Positions 22,701 through 30,109 of a stretch of DNA of 32,000 nt are shown in pieces. The notes under the pieces were generated by a model. That model was not told the origin of the DNA, did no database searches, and was given only the letters and a program-made list of their open reading frames with translations. Numbering within the stretch: the stretch's first letter is position 1; each line of letters starts with the position of its first letter. This DNA comes from Longivirga aurantiaca. GTDB lineage: Bacteria > Actinomycetota > Actinomycetes > S36-B12 > CAIYMF01. The stretch lies in assembly GCF_042660085.1 (NCBI RefSeq), contig NZ_JBHSTI010000008.1:510001-542000 (forward strand). The letters run 5' to 3'. The position numbers and the translations under genes were made by a program.

Positions 22701-22951
22701 GCATCGACGCGGTCTTCTCCGAGACGGCGGCCGACGGTGTGACGCGCTACGAGGTCGTCGACTGGAAGACCTCGCGCCGTCAGAGCGCCGACCCGCTGCA
22801 GCTCGCGGTCTACCGCGTCGCCTATGCCGAGCTGCTCGGCGTACCGCTCGAGCGGGTCGACGCCGCGTTCGTCTACGTGCGCGACGGCTCGGTCGTGCGG
22901 CCGGAGGGTCTGCCCGACCGTTCTGGCCTCGAGGTGCTGCTCGCCGGCTGA
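19706..22951 (+). CDS. adnB: AdnB-type helicase-nuclease subunit (UvrD-like motor + C-terminal RecB-family nuclease)
   Basis: In track ORF 19568..22951. GTG 19706 overlaps the adnA stop (GTGA), with GGGAGG 7 nt upstream. Motifs: AGAGSGKTT, VLLDEYQDTS, AVGDPLQAIYGWRGA, TVHKAKGLEW, YVALTRAK. The nuclease motifs are GRIDAVF...EVVDWKT. No Cys in the C-terminal domain. Confidence 0.93.
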   Translation: MSNVPVRPRTAVDGFGVRELKALLGVPFSDEQIAAITAPLSPYVVVAGAGSGKTTVMTARVVWLVATGQVRADQVLGLTFTNKAASELASRVRDAVRELAQQESGDLPPGEEVDLGEPVIATYHSFAGRLLSEHGLRIGVEPQARLLGEAASYQLAHRVVVRTRRDLVPLGKGVGGVVGDLRALDGELAEHCVELAELRAWDERFVAEVEGQVKIMAGARDAAAVSRKRIELAHLVEEYRAERRRLDVVDFSDQMRFGARLAEDCPEVGAALREQFAVVLLDEYQDTSVAQRRLLTGLFGGGHPVTAVGDPLQAIYGWRGASVANIDDFPVHFAPASGGRAPVLPLAENRRSGSNVLDSANLVAADLRALHPEVAALVAADPGKPPGAVRLALHQTYAEEIDWLADQVVGEIAAGTAPGDVALLVRVGSDLPPVMAALADRGVPFEVRGVDGLLAVPEVAEVLAVLDVLHDSTANPALVRLLAGPRWRIGPRDLALLGRRARQLTGGRAWGEARDLQQQLDDSVGGTDPADVVSLLDALDDPGDLPYGNDARRRFAALSGEIRALRRHVGDPLPDLVHRVVTTTGLDIELAASPELVVLRRAEALASFVDLVAAFQDAEGASSVTAFLSWLRLAERFDKVPELERTPSRDAVQLMTVHKAKGLEWPVVVLPSVTVGVFPSARGRSRWPESAKTLPYPLRGDSAALPRLDGLTKKDFDAFVDSCRAGDELEERRLAYVALTRAKRLLVASSSWWGPRQKKVRGPSPYLDLLREAALDGAGEVAVWAERPDDDESNPVLDEVVEVPWPVVPDAAALAARRAAATSVLDGLGTDISALMREHVDLAVVEGVSPLLGLDAADLGTVVGWDDDIALLLEERRSERSATRVVPVPSSLSTSDLVRLAADPDSFARRLARPVPAAPAQSARRGTRFHAWVEAHYGVQPLLEPDDLPGAADGLDDDSDEALDAMRAAFLASPWASRTPVGIEVGFSLVLGGRVVPGRIDAVFSETAADGVTRYEVVDWKTSRRQSADPLQLAVYRVAYAELLGVPLERVDAAFVYVRDGSVVRPEGLPDRSGLEVLLAG

Positions 22952-23050
22952 CCTGCCGCCCACCGCCGTGCGGCCTGCCTCAGCGTCCCGCGTGCCTCGC
23001 GTGGCTACGGTGAGCGTGCACGATCGGCGCGGACGGGCAGGGAGGACCAC

Positions 23051-24181
23051 GTGACCAGCGAGCCCGTCGGCGCGCTCGGCCCGAGCGACCCGACGCCCGA
23101 GGACGTCGACGCCCTGGTCGGCAGCCCGCCGCGCAGTCTCGGCCGTCGCCTGCTCTCGGGGCTGCTGACCTACGGCGTGGTGGCGCTCGCGCTCTGGTAC
23201 CTCGTGAAGCAGCTGAGGAGCGAGGGCGGCATCGGCGATGCCCTCGCGCTCATCACACCGGCGCAGGTCGCGCTCATGTGCGTGCTGGGCGTGGTCAACC
23301 TCGCCACCAACTGGCCCCCGATCGTCATCGCCCTGCCCGGCCTGCGCGTCCGCGAGGCGGCCGTCACCAACACGGCGTCGGCGGCGCTCTCGAACACCGT
23401 GCCGGAGGGCGGCGCCGTCGCGACCGCGCTCAACGTCGCGATGCTGCGCTCGTGGGGCTTCACCATCCGCGACATCACCTCCGAGATCCTCGTGACGGGC
23501 ACCTGGTCGCAGCTGACGAAGTACGTGCTGCTCTCGATCACGCTCGGGGTCGTGGTGATCCAGGGGACCGCTCCGGACGGCGCCGGCGTGTGGGCGCTCG
23601 TGCTCGTCGTGCTCGTGGCGATCGCCGTCGTCCTGCTGCTGCTCGTCCTGCGCAGCGAGCGGTTCGCCGTGCGGCTGGGGCGCTTCGTCGACTCGTTCCT
23701 CACCCGCGTGACCTCGTGGGTGCGGCACCCCTCGCATACGCGCTTCGCCGACGACGTGCCGCGCTTCCGCACCGGCATGGTCGGGCTCCTGCGCGTGTGC
23801 TGGGGACGCCTCACCGTGGCGATGGTCGTGTCGCTGCTGACCGCCGGCTCGATCCTCTACATCGCCTGCGTCATGCAGGGTCTCGGGGGCACCGTCACGT
23901 GGGCTCTCGCGATGACGGCGTACGGCCTTGCGACGTTCGCGTCGCTCCTGGTGCCCACGCCGGGGGGTCTGGGCGTCGCCGAGGTCGTCCTGACGTCGGT
24001 GCTGGCGTGGGCGGCGCCGGAGTCGGCGCAGGCCGCGGTGCTCGCCGCGGTCCTGCTGTACCGCCTCGCGACGTTCCTCGTCCCGATCCCGATCGGACTC
24101 GTGACCTACCTCTACTGGCGCACGTCCACCGCCTGGCGCGTCGACGTCGACTCCAAGCCCGTCGATCTCTCCGCCCGCTGA
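23051..24181 (+). CDS. Flippase-like (LPG_synthase_TM / UPF0104-type) integral membrane protein, stand-alone, 376 aa
   Basis: Track ORF 23051..24181, GTG start with GGGAGG upstream. About 8 TM helices and the family motif VPTPGGLGVAEVVLTSVL. It is a paralogue of the C-terminal domain of the 13407..15902 product. Confidence 0.85.
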   Translation: MTSEPVGALGPSDPTPEDVDALVGSPPRSLGRRLLSGLLTYGVVALALWYLVKQLRSEGGIGDALALITPAQVALMCVLGVVNLATNWPPIVIALPGLRVREAAVTNTASAALSNTVPEGGAVATALNVAMLRSWGFTIRDITSEILVTGTWSQLTKYVLLSITLGVVVIQGTAPDGAGVWALVLVVLVAIAVVLLLLVLRSERFAVRLGRFVDSFLTRVTSWVRHPSHTRFADDVPRFRTGMVGLLRVCWGRLTVAMVVSLLTAGSILYIACVMQGLGGTVTWALAMTAYGLATFASLLVPTPGGLGVAEVVLTSVLAWAAPESAQAAVLAAVLLYRLATFLVPIPIGLVTYLYWRTSTAWRVDVDSKPVDLSAR

Positions 24182-24222
24182 GGCGATTCGCCCGTGTCGT
24201 CCCGACCTCCCGGCCCTGGGGT

Positions 24223-25140
24223 CTAGAGGTCGAGGTCGACCGTGACTGCGGCGTGGTCGCTGACCGGGAGGGGATGCACTTGCGCGGTGGCGCTGCCGAT
24301 CTGGGACGGCGTGAGGCCGTCGGCGAGCACGTGGTCGAGCTGCACGCGCGGCTTCATGACGGGGTACGTCTTCGCGCGGGCGAGCGGCGTCCAGCCGGTG
24401 ATGCGCGCGGGCATGCCTCCGGGGAGGTTGAAGTCGCCGAGCAGCACGAGCGGGCGGGGCAGGCCCGCGAGCCACCGGCGCAGCGCGCGCAGCTGGCGGA
24501 CGTTGTATCCGGGCACGAACGACAGGTGCGCGGTGACGACGGTGAAGGGTCCCCGGGCGCCTTCGACGACCGCTGCGACGGCGGCCCGGGGCTCGTCGGC
24601 CACGCGGATGAACTGCGGCCGCGGCTCGGCCGGGATCATGACCGGCAGGCTCCAGGGGGCCGGGTCGAACCGCGTGCTGCGCCACTCGAGCACGGGCAGC
24701 CGCGAGACGAGGCCGACGCCGTACAACGGGCCGATCGAGATCACGGTGCCGGGCGGACCGGGGTCGAGGTCGCTCGCGCGGCGGCGCAGGTCGGGATCGG
24801 GGAGGTGGGCGTTGCTCGCCCGCTCGTGCGTCTCGTCGGCCTCGGCCCAGCCGGGGAGTCCCGGCGTACCTGCGACAGACGGCGCGAAGCGCCACTGCTC
24901 GGCACCGATGGCCTCGGCCACCGAGCGCACCTGGTGCACGCCGCCGCTGCGCGGCTGGTCGACGTCGACCTCCTGCAGCCCGATCACGTCGGCGTCGAGC
25001 AAGCGGACCGCGTCGCGCAGCTGCCGGTCGTCGGCGACGGTGAGGCCGGTGGGCCGGCCGGCGTCATCGAGGTCGGGCGCGGCCATACCGCCGAGCACCG
25101 GCACGCCGTGCAGCAGGTTGTACGTCGCGAGCCGGACCAT
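24223..25140 (-). CDS. Endonuclease/exonuclease/phosphatase (EEP) family protein
   Basis: Track ORF 24223..25140. Motifs: N-terminal LATYNLLHG (catalytic Asn region), DVIGLQEVD, TVVTAHLS, VLLGDFN, and C-terminal SDHAAVTVDL. These are the canonical EEP motif series. Confidence 0.85.
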   Translation of the reverse strand: MVRLATYNLLHGVPVLGGMAAPDLDDAGRPTGLTVADDRQLRDAVRLLDADVIGLQEVDVDQPRSGGVHQVRSVAEAIGAEQWRFAPSVAGTPGLPGWAEADETHERASNAHLPDPDLRRRASDLDPGPPGTVISIGPLYGVGLVSRLPVLEWRSTRFDPAPWSLPVMIPAEPRPQFIRVADEPRAAVAAVVEGARGPFTVVTAHLSFVPGYNVRQLRALRRWLAGLPRPLVLLGDFNLPGGMPARITGWTPLARAKTYPVMKPRVQLDHVLADGLTPSQIGSATAQVHPLPVSDHAAVTVDLDL

Positions 25141-25146
25141 GTCCGA

Positions 25147-25152
25147 ACGCTA
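25147..25152 (-). promoter_or_regulatory. Candidate -10 hexamer for a leaderless EEP transcript
   Basis: The minus strand reads TAGCGT-TCGGAC-ATG. This is a TANNNT hexamer ending 6 nt before the ATG, with no SD-like sequence. That geometry is typical of leaderless actinobacterial mRNAs. Pattern only. Confidence 0.25.
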
Positions 25153-25255
25153 AGCGCCCCAGCGCCGTACCGCGAACCGCACTCATCAGCCCAAGGGGTC
25201 AAGGAGTGCAGCTCAACTGCCGTGATCGACCCTAGGGGCGGAGAAGTGGGGCGGG

Positions 25256-26470
25256 TCAGTGCTCGAGGGCGACCTCTTCGACGGGCTTGGGGCGCTCGCC
25301 GGAGCGCTTGCGCATCCACTCGCGGGCGGGCTCCTCGACGATCCTCCACATGAGCCAGGCGACGACGACCGCGCCGACGAACAGCACGATGGTCGCCAGC
25401 GCGTAGAGCACGCCGCTGTCGATCCCCATCCTCGTGAGCACCGCGCGCCAGAGGCCGTACCAGACCGTGTGCGTCATGTAGAGCGAGAACGAGATGAAGC
25501 CGCCGAGCACGAGGCGGTCGGTGGCGAGGAAGCGGGAGAGGCCGCGGCGGCTGAGCGCGAGGACGCCGATCCACACGATGAGCAGCGGCACCAGCAGCAG
25601 GTGCCACTTCGGCGGCAGGTCGGCGACGTTCGGGGTGTCCTCGAAGCCCTCGCCGCCCCACTGCAGGCCGGGGATCCGACCGAGGACGACGGATGCCGCG
25701 ACGATCACGATCGGCAGCGCCACCGACAGCGTGGTGGCCAGGCGCTCGACGCGCGGACGCGGGCCGTCCTCCGTCGCCGTCCAGAACCGCAGCACGACCA
25801 CGTAGGTCAGCGCCCCGGCCGTGAACTCGGTGAGGATGCGGATCGTCGAGCCCCAGTCCGAGATGTAGTAGGGGTCGCCCTGGTAGGCGACGCCGTACCA
25901 GAGCAGCGGCACGAGGACGACGACCCAGGCCAGCGCGATCCAGCGCGTCGCGAGCCGCTGGTGGAAGCGGAAGAACACGAGCACGAGCAGCGGGAACAGC
26001 AGGTACGCGAGCCACTCCATCGACAGCGACCACGCCGGGAAGTTCCATCCGCGCTGCGGGTCGCCGCCCCACTCGTGGATCAGCAGCACCTGCTTCAGGT
26101 AGTCGACGACGTTGAACCAGTCGCGGTCGACGCTCTCGCCGGCCACCTTCGCCTGCAGGAACACCGCGAGGCCCGCGACGTTGAGCATCACGAAGTGCAC
26201 GGGGTAGATGCGCGCGAGCCGCAGCCACAGGAAGTGGCGGGACGCCGGCCACGTGATCCGCGGCCCGAGCTTGGTGAGGTAGGTGTGCGTGAGGATGAAG
26301 CCCGACAGCGCGAAGAACAGGTCGACGCCCAGGCGCCCCACCCGCACGAACTCGTGCAGCACGGGCACGAGCAGCCCGAGCGTCGCGAGCGGCACCTGGA
26401 AGTGGTAGAGCATCACCCACGCCGCAGCCACGAACCGCACGCCCGTGAGCTGGCCGATGAAGCCCTTCAT
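25256..26470 (-). CDS. Acyltransferase family 3 integral membrane protein
   Basis: C-terminal 404 aa of track ORF 25256..28060, starting MKGFIGQLTGVRFVAAAWVMLYHF (ATG 26470..26468, GAGGGA upstream). Motifs: GVDLFFALSGFILT, IYPVHF, and WSLSMEWLAYLLFP, with ~10 TM helices. The upstream part of the track ORF is antisense to the M20 gene. Confidence 0.88.
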   Translation of the reverse strand: MKGFIGQLTGVRFVAAAWVMLYHFQVPLATLGLLVPVLHEFVRVGRLGVDLFFALSGFILTHTYLTKLGPRITWPASRHFLWLRLARIYPVHFVMLNVAGLAVFLQAKVAGESVDRDWFNVVDYLKQVLLIHEWGGDPQRGWNFPAWSLSMEWLAYLLFPLLVLVFFRFHQRLATRWIALAWVVVLVPLLWYGVAYQGDPYYISDWGSTIRILTEFTAGALTYVVVLRFWTATEDGPRPRVERLATTLSVALPIVIVAASVVLGRIPGLQWGGEGFEDTPNVADLPPKWHLLLVPLLIVWIGVLALSRRGLSRFLATDRLVLGGFISFSLYMTHTVWYGLWRAVLTRMGIDSGVLYALATIVLFVGAVVVAWLMWRIVEEPAREWMRKRSGERPKPVEEVALEH

Positions 26471-26596
26471 ACCCGTCCCTCTGTACGCCGCAACCGTCGC
26501 GGGAATCCTCGCACGCGGCCCTCTGCCACCGACGAATCCGCGCCGGACGCGGGTCCTCGCGCACGCACCGGTGGGCGCGGCCGTAGGGTCGGGCGG

Positions 26597-28027
26597 GTGA
26601 GCGACCCGCAGCCCGATCCCGCCGTCCGCCAGCACGTGCTCGAGCATCGGCAGGCGCTCGTCGACGCGCTCCTCGAGTGGCTGCGCATCCCCAGCATCAG
26701 CGCCGATCCCGACCACGCCGACGACGTCTCGCGCAGCGCCGACTGGTTCGTGCAGCGCCTGCTTGCTGCCGGGTTCCCCGAGGTCGAGGTGTGGTCCACC
26801 CCGGGCCTCCCGACGGTGTACGCCGAGTGGCCGAGCGACGACCCCGACGCGCCGACCGTCGTGGTCTACGGGCACCACGACGTGCAGCCCGTCGACCCGA
26901 TCGAGCTGTGGGACTCCGCGCCGTTCGAGCCGTTCGTGCGGGCCACGGCGTACGGCGAGGAGCTCGTCGGCCGCGGTGCGATCGACGACAAGGGGCAGAT
27001 GGTCTACCACCTGTTCGGGCTCGCGGCGCACCTCGCGGCCACCGGCCGTACGAGCCCTGCCGTCACGCTCAAGGTGATCGTCGAGGGCGAGGAGGAGTCG
27101 GGCTCGACGCACTTCCGCCAGCTGCTCCTCGACAACCGCGAGCGGCTCCGCTGCGACGTCGTGGTGGTGAGCGACAGCGGCGTGTACGACCGCAGCACGA
27201 TCTCGGTCGTCACCGGCATGCGCGGCATGATCGAGTGCCAGCTCGACCTGCGCGGGCCGGCGGGCGACGTGCACTCCGGCTCGTTCGGCGGCGCGATCCC
27301 GAACCCGGCAACGGTCGCGGCCCGCCTCGTGGCGGCCCTTCATGACGCCGACCACCGCGTGACGCTCCCCGGCTACTACGACGGCGTCGTGCCTCTCACC
27401 GACCGGGAGCGCGAGCTCATCGCCGCGCTCCCGTTCGACGAGTCCCGGTGGCTCGAGGGAGCCCGCTCGAGCGGGACCGACGGCGAGGCCGGCTACTCCA
27501 CGCTCGAGCGGGTCTGGGCGCGACCGACCGCTGAGGTCAACGGGATCTGGGGCGGCTACACGGGCCCCGGGGGCAAGACGATCGTGCCGAGCGAGGCGCA
27601 TGTGAAGCTGTCGTTCCGTCTGGTCGCCGGCCAGCGCAACGAGGACGTGATGACGGCGATGGAGGCCTGGCTCGACGACAGGCGGGCCGACGGCGCGGTG
27701 CCGGCCGGCATCGACGTCACCGCGACGTTCCCGCGGATCGGTGTGCGCCCGTGCCTCACCCCGCTCGACCACCCCGCCCTGCAGAGCGTCACGCGCGCGA
27801 TGGCCCGCGCGTTCGAGACCGAGGTGCTCTACACCCGCGAGGGCGGCAGCGGCCCGGAGGCAGACCTCGCCGACGTTCTCGAGGCGCCGGTCGTCTTCCT
27901 CGGCGTCGGGCTCCCCGACGACCGCATCCACGCGCCGAACGAGAAGGCCGACATCGAGTTCCTCCTCAAGGGGGCCGAGGCGGTCGCCTATCTCTGGGAC
28001 GACCTCGCCACCACCTGGGAGCGCTGA
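26597..28027 (+). CDS. M20-family dipeptidase / metallo-hydrolase
   Basis: C-terminal 476 aa of track ORF 25259..28027, GTG 26597. Motifs: LEWLRIPSISADP, VVVYGHHDVQP, GRGAIDDKGQ, EGEEESGS, and IHAPNEK near the C-terminus. These are the M20 metal-ligand and catalytic residue pattern. Confidence 0.9.
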   Translation: MSDPQPDPAVRQHVLEHRQALVDALLEWLRIPSISADPDHADDVSRSADWFVQRLLAAGFPEVEVWSTPGLPTVYAEWPSDDPDAPTVVVYGHHDVQPVDPIELWDSAPFEPFVRATAYGEELVGRGAIDDKGQMVYHLFGLAAHLAATGRTSPAVTLKVIVEGEEESGSTHFRQLLLDNRERLRCDVVVVSDSGVYDRSTISVVTGMRGMIECQLDLRGPAGDVHSGSFGGAIPNPATVAARLVAALHDADHRVTLPGYYDGVVPLTDRERELIAALPFDESRWLEGARSSGTDGEAGYSTLERVWARPTAEVNGIWGGYTGPGGKTIVPSEAHVKLSFRLVAGQRNEDVMTAMEAWLDDRRADGAVPAGIDVTATFPRIGVRPCLTPLDHPALQSVTRAMARAFETEVLYTREGGSGPEADLADVLEAPVVFLGVGLPDDRIHAPNEKADIEFLLKGAEAVAYLWDDLATTWER

Positions 28028-28032
28028 ACTCG

Positions 28033-28995
28033 TTGCCGGACAAGGGATTGCTCGACTCACTGGCGCTCGCGCGCGGTTCCATCGACCGTGCGGCCGAGCG
28101 GCGCGAGGACGAGGCCTGGCTGGCGGCAGCCTGGGCCGACCAGTCGTCCCGCGTGCTCGTCATCCACCACGGCCGGGCCCCAGCGGTCATCGACCCCGAC
28201 GGTGCAGGGGCGCCCGGGACCGTGGCCCTGCACTACGTGCCGTCGCTGGAGGCGCCGGACGGCGGGATCCGCGTGCTGCTCGCCGTCGTCGACGACGTCA
28301 CCTACTTCGGGCTGCTCCTCGACGTCGCGGAGGATGCGCCGCCCGAGCATCCCGGCACCAGATGGCTGGGGCTCCGTGAGATCGGCGCCGCGCTGGGCGA
28401 CGTCGACGCCGGGGTGATGGTCGCGGCCGTCGCGCTGGCCAACTGGCACGCGACGCACCCGCGCTGCCCGCGCTGCGGGGTGCCGACGCTGCCGACCCAG
28501 GCCGGCTGGTCGCGCACCTGCCCGGACGACGAGAGCCAGCACTTCCCGCGCAGCGACCCCGCGGTGATCGTGCTCGTGCGCGACGCCGACGACCGGGCAC
28601 TGCTGGGTCGCCGCATCGACTGGCCCGTCAGCTTCTTCTCGACCCTCGCGGGCTTCGTCGAGGCGGGGGAGTCCGCCGAGGCGGCGGTGCTGCGCGAGCT
28701 GTCCGAGGAGGCCGGCGTCGACATCGACCCCGGCGCCCTGGACTACCTCGGCTCGCAGCCGTGGCCGTTCCCCTCGAGCCTCATGCTCGGCTACCACGCG
28801 CGGCTGGCACCCGGGTCGCGCGTCGCGATCCCCGACGGGGTCGAGATCGAGGAGGTGCGGTGGTTCACCCGCGAGGAGATGCATGCGGCCTGCGAGAGCG
28901 GCGAGCTGCGCATCCCGCCCGCGGTGTCCATCGCCCGCAGGCTCATCGAGGCCTGGTACGGCGGCGAGCTGCCGGGAGCCTGGTCCCGTCCATGA
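28033..28995 (+). CDS. nudC: NAD(H) pyrophosphatase NudC (Nudix hydrolase with zinc ribbon)
   Basis: C-terminal part of track ORF 27751..28995. Zinc ribbon: CPRCGVPT...RTCPDDESQHFPRSDPAVIVLV. Nudix box: GFVEAGESAEAAVLRELSEEAGV. Downstream motif: SQPWPFPSSLM. Start is uncertain (TTG 28033 or TTG 28048), since no ATG/GTG lies between the M20 stop and the conserved region. Confidence 0.87.
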   Translation: MPDKGLLDSLALARGSIDRAAERREDEAWLAAAWADQSSRVLVIHHGRAPAVIDPDGAGAPGTVALHYVPSLEAPDGGIRVLLAVVDDVTYFGLLLDVAEDAPPEHPGTRWLGLREIGAALGDVDAGVMVAAVALANWHATHPRCPRCGVPTLPTQAGWSRTCPDDESQHFPRSDPAVIVLVRDADDRALLGRRIDWPVSFFSTLAGFVEAGESAEAAVLRELSEEAGVDIDPGALDYLGSQPWPFPSSLMLGYHARLAPGSRVAIPDGVEIEEVRWFTREEMHAACESGELRIPPAVSIARRLIEAWYGGELPGAWSRP

Positions 28996-29008
28996 CCGAG
29001 GGACGACG

Positions 29009-29045
29009 TCGGCCCCCGACCGCAGCGGCTGCGATCGGGGGCCGA
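29009..29045. terminator. Stem-loop between convergent nudC and VOC genes
   Basis: TCGGCCCCCGA (29009-29019) pairs perfectly with TCGGGGGCCGA (29035-29045) across a 15-nt loop that contains its own GCAGC/GCTGC pairing. Confidence 0.6.
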
Positions 29046-29061
29046 TGACGTACGCCGTGCG

Positions 29062-29484
29062 TCAGCCCATGGGCAGGCGCTGGGTGACGCGGTACTGGTT
29101 GCCGGTGGGGTCGCGGAAGCCGAAGTCGATGCCGTACGGCTGCTGGTTCGGCTTGTCGATGGTCTCGACGCCGTTCGCGACGAGCGCGTCGTACACCGCC
29201 AGTGCGTCGTCGACGGTGAAGAACACGGCCGTGGCGAAGCCCTTGGCCGCGATGTCCTCCACCTGCGCCTTGGTCGCCTCGTCCATGACGGGCGGCCCAG
29301 GGATGGCCATGAGCACCATGGCGGTTCCGTCCTGGCCCTTCGGCCCGACGGTGAGCCACCGGAAGTTGCCGAGCTCGGCGACGGTGACGTCCTCCTTGAT
29401 CTCGAAGCCGACCTTGTCGGTCCAGAAGGAGGCCGCCTCGTCCTGGTCGCGGACCCAGATCTGGGTGGTGGAGAGCGTGAGCAT
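29062..29484 (-). CDS. VOC (glyoxalase/bleomycin-resistance/dioxygenase) family protein
   Basis: Track ORF 29062..29484, with GGAAGG SD 8 nt upstream. Size and pattern (IWVRDQDEAASFWTDKVGFE..., FRDPTGNQY...) are typical of single-module VOC proteins. Confidence 0.87.
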   Translation of the reverse strand: MLTLSTTQIWVRDQDEAASFWTDKVGFEIKEDVTVAELGNFRWLTVGPKGQDGTAMVLMAIPGPPVMDEATKAQVEDIAAKGFATAVFFTVDDALAVYDALVANGVETIDKPNQQPYGIDFGFRDPTGNQYRVTQRLPMG

Positions 29485-29530
29485 GGGCTGACCTTCCGTC
29501 GTCGTCGTGGTGCCCCGAACCTAGGGCGCG

Positions 29531-30031
29531 TCAGGACGCCCGGTCTTCTCCGTTCGTGCTGCCCTTCACGGGCCTGCCGTACGCGCGGAGCATGCACCCC
29601 GGGATCGTGATCAGCTCGGCGGCAGGTGGGAACGACGCGCGGTAGGCGGTGGGGGACTTGCCGTACGCAGTGGTGAAGCTCGTGGTGAACGAGCCGACGC
29701 TCGTGAGCCCGACGCGCATGCAGATGTCGGCCACGGACCAGTCGGTGCTGCGCAGGAGCGTCGCCGCGCGCTCGAGACGGCGCGTGAGCAGATAGGAGTA
29801 CGGCGACTCGCCGAACGCGCGCTTGAACTCGCGGCTGAAGTGGGCGCGCGACAGATGCGCGGCCGCCGCGAGGTCGTCGACCGTGAGCGGCTCGGAGTAC
29901 CGCTGGTCGGCGAGGTCGCGCGCCCGCGTGAGGTGGCGGACCGGCGCGGTCGCGGGGGTGGACGGCACCGGCCCAGCGTAGGCACCGGGACCGACGAGCG
30001 GGAGCGCCGGCGCCGGCGTCTGCCAGGACAC
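29531..30031 (-). CDS. AraC-family helix-turn-helix transcriptional regulator (short, DNA-binding domain only)
   Basis: Track ORF 29531..30031. Motifs: LTVDDLAAAAHLSRAHFSREFKRAFGESPYSYLLTRRLERAATLL and VADICMRVGLTSVGSFTTSFTTAYGKSPTAYR, the two HTH units of AraC/XylS. It sits 46 bp upstream of the VOC gene on the same strand. Confidence 0.88.
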   Translation of the reverse strand: MSWQTPAPALPLVGPGAYAGPVPSTPATAPVRHLTRARDLADQRYSEPLTVDDLAAAAHLSRAHFSREFKRAFGESPYSYLLTRRLERAATLLRSTDWSVADICMRVGLTSVGSFTTSFTTAYGKSPTAYRASFPPAAELITIPGCMLRAYGRPVKGSTNGEDRAS

Positions 30032-30109
30032 CGCGGCGGTTGCCGCCCTAGCGTGGTGCTGTCCGCAGCGGAGTGCCGTGGGGCGCCCGCGACGCGGGCG
30101 GAGGCGGTC

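Noticed and set aside
14124-25353. Other long alternative-frame ORFs: 14124..16322, 14734..16314, 16319..18874, 16639..18282, 18871..21507, 19379..21679, 20650..21843, 21592..23013, 22202..24895, 23278..25353 and 24984..26564
   Set aside because: All overlap motif-supported genes (membrane protein, adnA, adnB, flippase-like, EEP, acyltransferase). They translate to Arg/Pro/Gly/Ala-rich sequence without domains, so they are high-GC shadow frames.
26455-26470. GATGAAGCCCTTCAT palindrome resembling the ATGAAG/CTTCAT ends of the 97-bp repeat
   Set aside because: It is the coding start of the acyltransferase (MKGFI on the minus strand). It shares only the 6-nt arms, with no further similarity to the repeat, so the resemblance is coincidental.
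26471-28060. N-terminal extension of track ORF 25256..28060 (-), and the reciprocal 25259..26596 part of ORF 25259..28027 (+)
   Set aside because: Each long ORF is real only over the half carrying family motifs: acyltransferase-3 on the minus strand and the M20 peptidase on the plus strand. The other halves are antisense shadows of each other with low-complexity Arg/Asp/His composition.
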